Shown: positions 48,882 through 53,868 of the stretch, piece by piece | Layout of the letters: every line of letters starts with the position of its first letter | How positions within the stretch are numbered: position 1 is the stretch's first letter | Assembly: GCA_041746575.1 (NCBI GenBank) | Contig: JBGTGT010000061.1 | Span: 1 to 53,868, forward strand | Length of the DNA: 53,868 nt | Source: Microcystaceae cyanobacterium | GTDB lineage: Bacteria > Cyanobacteriota > Cyanobacteriia > Cyanobacteriales > Microcystaceae | Direction: 5' to 3' | Translations under genes and position numbers: made by a program | The notes under the pieces: model-generated | What the model saw: only the letters and a program-made list of their open reading frames with translations | Told to the model about the DNA's origin: nothing | The model's database searches: none

Positions 48882-49496
48882 TCACTGAAGCACTTGGTTG
48901 GGGTTTTGCCCCATCCGCAAAAGACTAGCTGCCGTATTATGTACGCCAAACTCTGCTCCCAATTGCGCACCGAGTGTTCCGTGAACGAACATGAATGCCA
49001 AAATGAACACCCCTGCTAATAAATAACTCCACTGCACCTGCCGAGAATGATTTTTACGCCAGCGAAACCGTTGGTATCCTCGCCAGATAGTCATGGCAAT
49101 GATCATCGTTAGCAACAAAACTCCGCCTACGCCATGCAGAAGCATGGTTGAGCCTGCTCCCAACCCCCAGTCACTCTTCATATCGAGCGGCGGTCTTGCT
49201 AACAGCATCTCGAAAAAGCCTGCTGCTACGGTGAAAAAGGTGATGACGGATGCAGCGACTGCATTATACCAAGCAGTATCAAAGAAATTAGACCGACTCG
49301 CCGGTATTGCTAAAAACTTCAAAATGGGTCGTTCTAGCGGAAATAGTGTGCCAATGAAATCAAAAGCGATCGCAATAATGAATAACCCCAAGGTAAAATG
49401 CACAAGGTTAGTGTGGATGGGAAATCGGTAGGGCAATCCATTGACCCCCAATTCAAGCCCCAATTGCTTTAACTGATCGATTAATTGCGGATTCAT
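48882..49496 (-). CDS. DUF2231 membrane protein
   Basis: PIH.NLVHF, HGVGG and HGTLGAQL..EFGVH motifs; ATGA overlap with the upstream gene. Confidence 0.85.
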   Translation of the reverse strand: MNPQLIDQLKQLGLELGVNGLPYRFPIHTNLVHFTLGLFIIAIAFDFIGTLFPLERPILKFLAIPASRSNFFDTAWYNAVAASVITFFTVAAGFFEMLLARPPLDMKSDWGLGAGSTMLLHGVGGVLLLTMIIAMTIWRGYQRFRWRKNHSRQVQWSYLLAGVFILAFMFVHGTLGAQLGAEFGVHNTAASLLRMGQNPNQVLQ

Positions 49497-49987
49497 TTTA
49501 AAATTCCTTCTTTTGTTGCCTCGACGACAGGAACGGTATGTAGCCCGTAAACCCAATCCACTAAACTACCGAGATAAATTTGAAAACCAACCATACACAT
49601 TAAAATTGTTGCTGCCCCCAAGTAAACCACCGGAACCTTAAGAGGATCGCGAATCCGAATAATCCCTCGCCAAGCCGTTAAACCCGCTAGGATTACGGCC
49701 AGCGACCAGCCATTGATCGTATGCAACTCGAGGATGGTCTGCGCCGCCGAGTAGGGTTGAGCCAAAGCGGCTTCAAATTCGCCGAAGATGACAGCAAAGA
49801 AGACAGCGACTGAGGCAACGACCATGTTCCACCAACTCACCTCAAACAGGCGATGATTACGGCTAAGATAACCAGCGATATCACAAAAGTAAGCAAAAAA
49901 TACCATCGCAATCACAAAGTGGACAATAATCGGGTGAATGGTATCGGGATAGGGCAAATTTTGGTCATTCAACGGCGGCAACGGCAT
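49493..49987 (-). CDS. DUF2231 membrane protein
   Basis: LPYPDTIHPIIVHF and W.YGLHT.PV motifs. Confidence 0.85.
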   Translation of the reverse strand: MPLPPLNDQNLPYPDTIHPIIVHFVIAMVFFAYFCDIAGYLSRNHRLFEVSWWNMVVASVAVFFAVIFGEFEAALAQPYSAAQTILELHTINGWSLAVILAGLTAWRGIIRIRDPLKVPVVYLGAATILMCMVGFQIYLGSLVDWVYGLHTVPVVEATKEGILK

Positions 49988-50008
49988 CGCATTCTCCTTT
50001 TCATAGGA

Positions 50009-51466
50009 CTAGGGAGTGGGGTAGGTCGTAGGATTCGAGGGTGGAGGACTAATTCGCTCTGAGGGTGGGGTTCGCAGTCCCAGAAATGCAACGACCATGA
50101 AGGTGATGGGGGCTAAAATCGCTAACCCCTTAACGAGCGATCGCTCCCGTCTGTCGGCAGGGGAAAGGGAAGGCTGTTGCGGCGAAACAGCAGGAACTTG
50201 TTTGGGCTTGGGGTAGCGATGAAAAATTTCTTCCTTTAGCCATTCTGTTGTTGCCTTAAAGTTATGAACTGGAGTGGGCAGCATTTCTAAATAGGTGGCG
50301 TTCCGGATCAGATCGGCGAGTTTACCGTTGATTTCAACTTTATCAAACAAATTGGCAGCGCCATTGCCTAAACCCAGTTTCATCAAGGTTCCCCGTAGCT
50401 CAACTTCAACTGGACGAAGGGGTTCGCCTTGGCTGAGGGCAATGAGATTATGGGCGATGGCGGTTCCTTGCTGATAGGCGACCTGTGCTAAGGCGGGTTG
50501 GTGCTGCCCCTGTACTTCAGCACAATCCCCTGCTACAAAAACGTCGGGAAAATCCAGCAGTTGTAAGGTCGGAGTTACTAGGGGTAGGCCATGTTTATCC
50601 AGATGAGGGGGAGAGATTTGAGAACTTAGGCTTTGAATCAGAGGATTAACGGCGGTGCCTGCCGTCCAGATGGTGGTCTGGGTCAAAAGGGTTTCTGTCT
50701 CTGAGCGACTGGCAGACTGATATTCCAGTCGATCTGCTTGAACGGCTTTCACGCTTACGCCCAAAAGCAACTCAACTGACACCGTTCGGGTTTTAAAAGC
50801 CTCTAAGGCATCATTCTTCAGGTGAGCATTAACATCCCCTCTGAGAATTTCCTTGCCATGATTGAGCAAGACAATCCGAATTTCATGAATGTTGCCACCG
50901 AGTTTGGCATACCAGTAGGGTAACAAATCAGCTAGAGTTGCTGTCATTTCTACTCCGGCTGGACCGGCCCCAACGATCGCAAAGGTAAGCAGCGATCGCC
51001 GTTGTTGTTCGTCGTTTGTCTGACTAGCACGCAATAGACAATCCCGTAACTGGTGTTCTAGGATGAGTGCGTTCTCCTTCGTCCGAAAGGCAAAAGCGTT
51101 TTCTTGCGCTCCTTTCGTTCCCAAATAGCCCTGAATACTCCCCACGGCTAATACGAGATGGTTATAGGTATAGTAAGAGCCAGAAGCCAAATCAACTCGC
51201 TTTTGTGATAAATTGAGAGCTATCACCTTGTCCTTGACAAAAAAAATCTCGCTTCCTTGCAACAATTCTTCATAGGTAGGACAGACGACATCTTCCTCTA
51301 ATTCTCCTGTTAGCATTTCATACAGCATGGGTTTGAAGACAAACCGCTCCTGCGGGTCAATCAGAATAATAGAGTGAATAAAGTGCTGATGACGCAGATG
51401 CAAAGCCGTCAATAATCCAGCAAAACCGGCTCCAACAATTACCGTTGTTTGAGTTGACTGATTCAT
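50009..51466 (-). CDS. type II NAD(P)H:quinone oxidoreductase-like flavoprotein with C-terminal TM
   Basis: GAGFAG, FKP.LYE, GAGPAGVE, WTAG, GD and AQVAYQQG motifs. Confidence 0.9.
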   Translation of the reverse strand: MNQSTQTTVIVGAGFAGLLTALHLRHQHFIHSIILIDPQERFVFKPMLYEMLTGELEEDVVCPTYEELLQGSEIFFVKDKVIALNLSQKRVDLASGSYYTYNHLVLAVGSIQGYLGTKGAQENAFAFRTKENALILEHQLRDCLLRASQTNDEQQRRSLLTFAIVGAGPAGVEMTATLADLLPYWYAKLGGNIHEIRIVLLNHGKEILRGDVNAHLKNDALEAFKTRTVSVELLLGVSVKAVQADRLEYQSASRSETETLLTQTTIWTAGTAVNPLIQSLSSQISPPHLDKHGLPLVTPTLQLLDFPDVFVAGDCAEVQGQHQPALAQVAYQQGTAIAHNLIALSQGEPLRPVEVELRGTLMKLGLGNGAANLFDKVEINGKLADLIRNATYLEMLPTPVHNFKATTEWLKEEIFHRYPKPKQVPAVSPQQPSLSPADRRERSLVKGLAILAPITFMVVAFLGLRTPPSERISPPPSNPTTYPTP

Positions 51467-51610
51467 TGTGGCTTAGTGAGAGATAAACGACATGTTCAGG
51501 TTGAGCAAAACGCTTTAAAAGACGGGACGAAAATTCTAGAACAGGGCTATTGCTCTTAAGAATAACCGAGTAGAGTCAATAGAGTGACTGATAGCGTTTA
51601 TCACCTAGGT

Positions 51611-53037
51611 TTACGTTTCAGATGGCGAATCGTTCGTCAATGCGTTCAGTAATTTTTTAGCTATAATCGCGCTCGTAACTACCCCACCGACAATTTCAGC
51701 TGCTTTTACGACTTGTTTCAAGCTACGGCTAGACTGACGCTCAAACAGTTCTTGTTTAAGCCATTCTGTTGTCGCTTTGAAGTCATGTAAGGGGGTTGGC
51801 AGTAACTCTAGGTAGGTTCCCTGGCGGATTAAATGACCGAGTTCACCTGTCACCTCAACTTGATTAAAAAGACTGGCGATACTTTCTTCTAAACCTACTT
51901 TCAGGAGTGTGCCGCGAATATTGACTCTAGCGGGTTTCATGGCACAGCCTAATGCTAAGGCGCGGAGGTTGTGGGCGACCGCGTAGCCCTGCTGATAGGC
52001 GACCTGAGCCGTTGGCGGTAGGGGCTTTAATTCGGGATACGGTTGATGTTGCGGCGATTCGTAGTGATCGTGTTGAGGGAGAGCAGGCTGCAAATCCACC
52101 GCACAATCTCCTCCAGCAAATACATCTGGGAAATCGGGTAGTTGCAACGTCGGCGTTACGTTTAAGCGTCCATGCTTATCTCGATGCTCGTCAGGAATCG
52201 GCAGCGTTTTGATGAGAGGATGCGTATTCGTTCCCGTTGTCCAGATAATTGTTCCAGCATTAATGGTGTGAGTTTGTTGATCGCGCTTGTACTCAAACAC
52301 ATTGGGGCGAATGGCACTCACTTCTACGCCTAAGAGAAATTCGACGGGTACAGTACGCTGTTTCAGGGCAGTCTCAGCCGTTTCCCGCAATTGGCTATAA
52401 TGTCTCCTTTAAGAATTTCAGACCCGTGATTGACCAGCAGGACTTTTACCTCCGTCGGGTTACCTCCCAATGCCTGATACCACTGCGGCAGTAGATCGGC
52501 TAAGGTTGCCGCCATTTCGACACCAGCCGGCCCTGCCCCAATCACCGCCGTCGTCAGTAAATGGCGACGTTGTTCGGTATCTTCTAGCTGAACCGCCCGC
52601 CGTAAGCAGTCGCGCAAATGGCGATCAATCGCAATGGCATCTTTCTGCGTCCGAAGCGGCAAGGCATAGTCTTTTGCCCCCTCTACCCCAAAATACCCAG
52701 TTACGCTACCCAAAGCGAGAACCAGATTGCTGTAGGCGTAGCCGCCGTCTCCCCTTCCTAAATGCACCTGCTTTTGCTGTAAATCAATAGATTGTACTGT
52801 ATCCTGCACAAAAATAACACCACTATGTTTCAGCAATTCGTCATAGCGAGGCAAAACCTGAGGGGCATCCATTTCGCCACTAAAGTATTCATAAAGTAAC
52901 GGTTTGAAACAAAAGCGATCGCTGCGATCAATCAAAACAACTGAGCGAGGATAGTCTTGATGGCTAAGATGGAGTGCAGTAAACAACCCAGTAAATCCGC
53001 CACCGACAATCACCGTTTGATAAACAGGATTTGCCAT
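51611..53037 (-). pseudogene. second NDH-2 paralog, 1-nt frameshift near 52397
   Basis: The N-half (53037 to about 52398) and C-half are in different frames. Adding one A restores GDINSQLRETA, matching GDVNAHLKNDA of the paralog. Confidence 0.85.
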
Positions 53038-53242
53038 CGCTAAATACCTAAAATAGAAAAGCGAGAGGAAGGGACAATTTCTCCTATACACTTCATACCA
53101 TAACGAAAACAACTACAAATTCTCTACCTCTGCCGATAGATTGAAAGGTCAGAGCTTGCGCTTTGTAATCAAATAGGAAGCCGTGCCAATGGAATTGACT
53201 CGGTAGAACAGTTGCTTTTTCACCCTTATCGTTAACAAACGT

Positions 53243-53474
53243 ATGAGCCTTAAACCACCTCCTTCACAATTACCCCAATCAACCCATGCTAAATGGTGGG
53301 TCATGCTAGGAGTTGGGCTAGGCGTTTTTGATGTTTACCTTAGAACCCGTATCGTCAATATCGCTTTACCAACCCTAGTGCAGGTCTTTCAAACCACTTT
53401 CGCCACGATTCAATGGGTTGTATTGAGCTACTTGCTGGTGATTACCGCGCTGGTTTTGGGTGCAGCACGACTAG
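53243..53474 (+). pseudogene. DHA2/EmrB-type MFS transporter, 5' fragment
   Basis: IVNIALPTL..F....IQWVVLSYLL....L.L.AARL; similarity ends abruptly at CTAG 53471-53474. Confidence 0.8.
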
Positions 53475-53640
53475 TGGGACTTAAACAAAAGTCCGACCGA
53501 GTTGATGACAGGAGCAAAACATCCTCACTGGCTTGAGCTATTAGGCTTTGAGCGTTTTCAACGAGCCTGAGAAGTTGGCTTAAATCTTAATACTTTTGTT
53601 CTAGTCGCCATGATCTGACAATGGCTAGATTTGTCCTGCT
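53471..53640. mobile_element. putative end of an inserted element
   Basis: Non-coding sequence starting at the CTAG breakpoint, with the palindrome GGACTT-aaacaa-AAGTCC. No transposase is visible. Confidence 0.35.
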
Positions 53641-53644
53641 TTTG

Positions 53645-53868
53645 TTACCCCAAAAACCCTGTTTTTGAACCACGCCGAATTTCGTGGCCAACGGCTTGAT
53701 AGTCTAACCAACCCATGCGGTCTTTGGCAGGAAGGTCACAGACGGGTAAACCTTGGGCGATCGCTTTGACAAATCCGGCTGACCGTCGGATCTGTGCTTG
53801 GAAGAGGGGGACATCCGCTTCTTCTAAGGCGGTTCGGACATGGCGGGCTTCTTTAGAGGGGGGAGGTG
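53645..53868 (-). CDS. parA: ParA family ATPase, C-terminal part (runs off the window)
   Basis: PPPSKEARHVRTALEEADVPLFQAQIRRSAGFVKAIAQGLPV..WLDYQAVGHEI resembles the C-terminus of cyanobacterial plasmid-type ParA. Confidence 0.7.
   Translation of the reverse strand, partial: PPPSKEARHVRTALEEADVPLFQAQIRRSAGFVKAIAQGLPVCDLPAKDRMGWLDYQAVGHEIRRGSKTGFLG

Larger units (their letters stand above)
1406..53764. repeat. HIP1 octamer GCGATCGC, dispersed (more than 20 copies seen)
   Basis: Examples near 1406, 6898, 17885, 30245, 44476 and 53757; a cyanobacterial hallmark. Confidence 0.9.

Noticed and set aside
53243..53260. Identical N-terminus MSLKPP in InsA (671) and the MFS fragment
   Set aside because: The codons differ (TCC TTA AAA CCG versus AGC CTT AAA CCA) and the flanks are unrelated; coincidence.

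Overview
Chromosomal-type DNA of a low-GC cyanobacterium: HIP1 octamers (GCGATCGC) occur throughout and the gene content suggests a unicellular Chroococcales-like organism. Bases 1-14.8 kb hold a decayed IS1 and housekeeping genes (folB, transaldolase, prs, rbp, cruP-like, pirin, YdeP-like, YyaL-like), plus three small ORFs missed by the ORF track. Bases 14.8-42.3 kb form an accessory block, mostly on the minus strand. It contains an HTH-like/NB-ARC/WD40 STAND protein, a hybrid kinase with a response regulator, a ferric-reductase/Rieske module, a GNAT-cysteine dioxygenase-DMT-ATP-grasp cluster, MscS-DEP, an SDR-aquaporin-carbonic anhydrase-GMC-VOC-GH63 operon, two damaged PEP-CTERM/VWA loci and a glucose dehydrogenase. 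Four transcription units in this block carry the same 28-bp promoter motif in the same orientation, which suggests an undescribed regulon; the STAND protein is a candidate regulator. Bases 42.4-53.9 kb hold an HCP-CTDH pair and a visibly more GC-rich segment with gene remnants, an ARTO-type oxidase operon with DUF2231, DoxX and two NDH-2 genes, a broken MFS gene and a partial ParA. All calls come from reading motifs by eye; no database searches were run.
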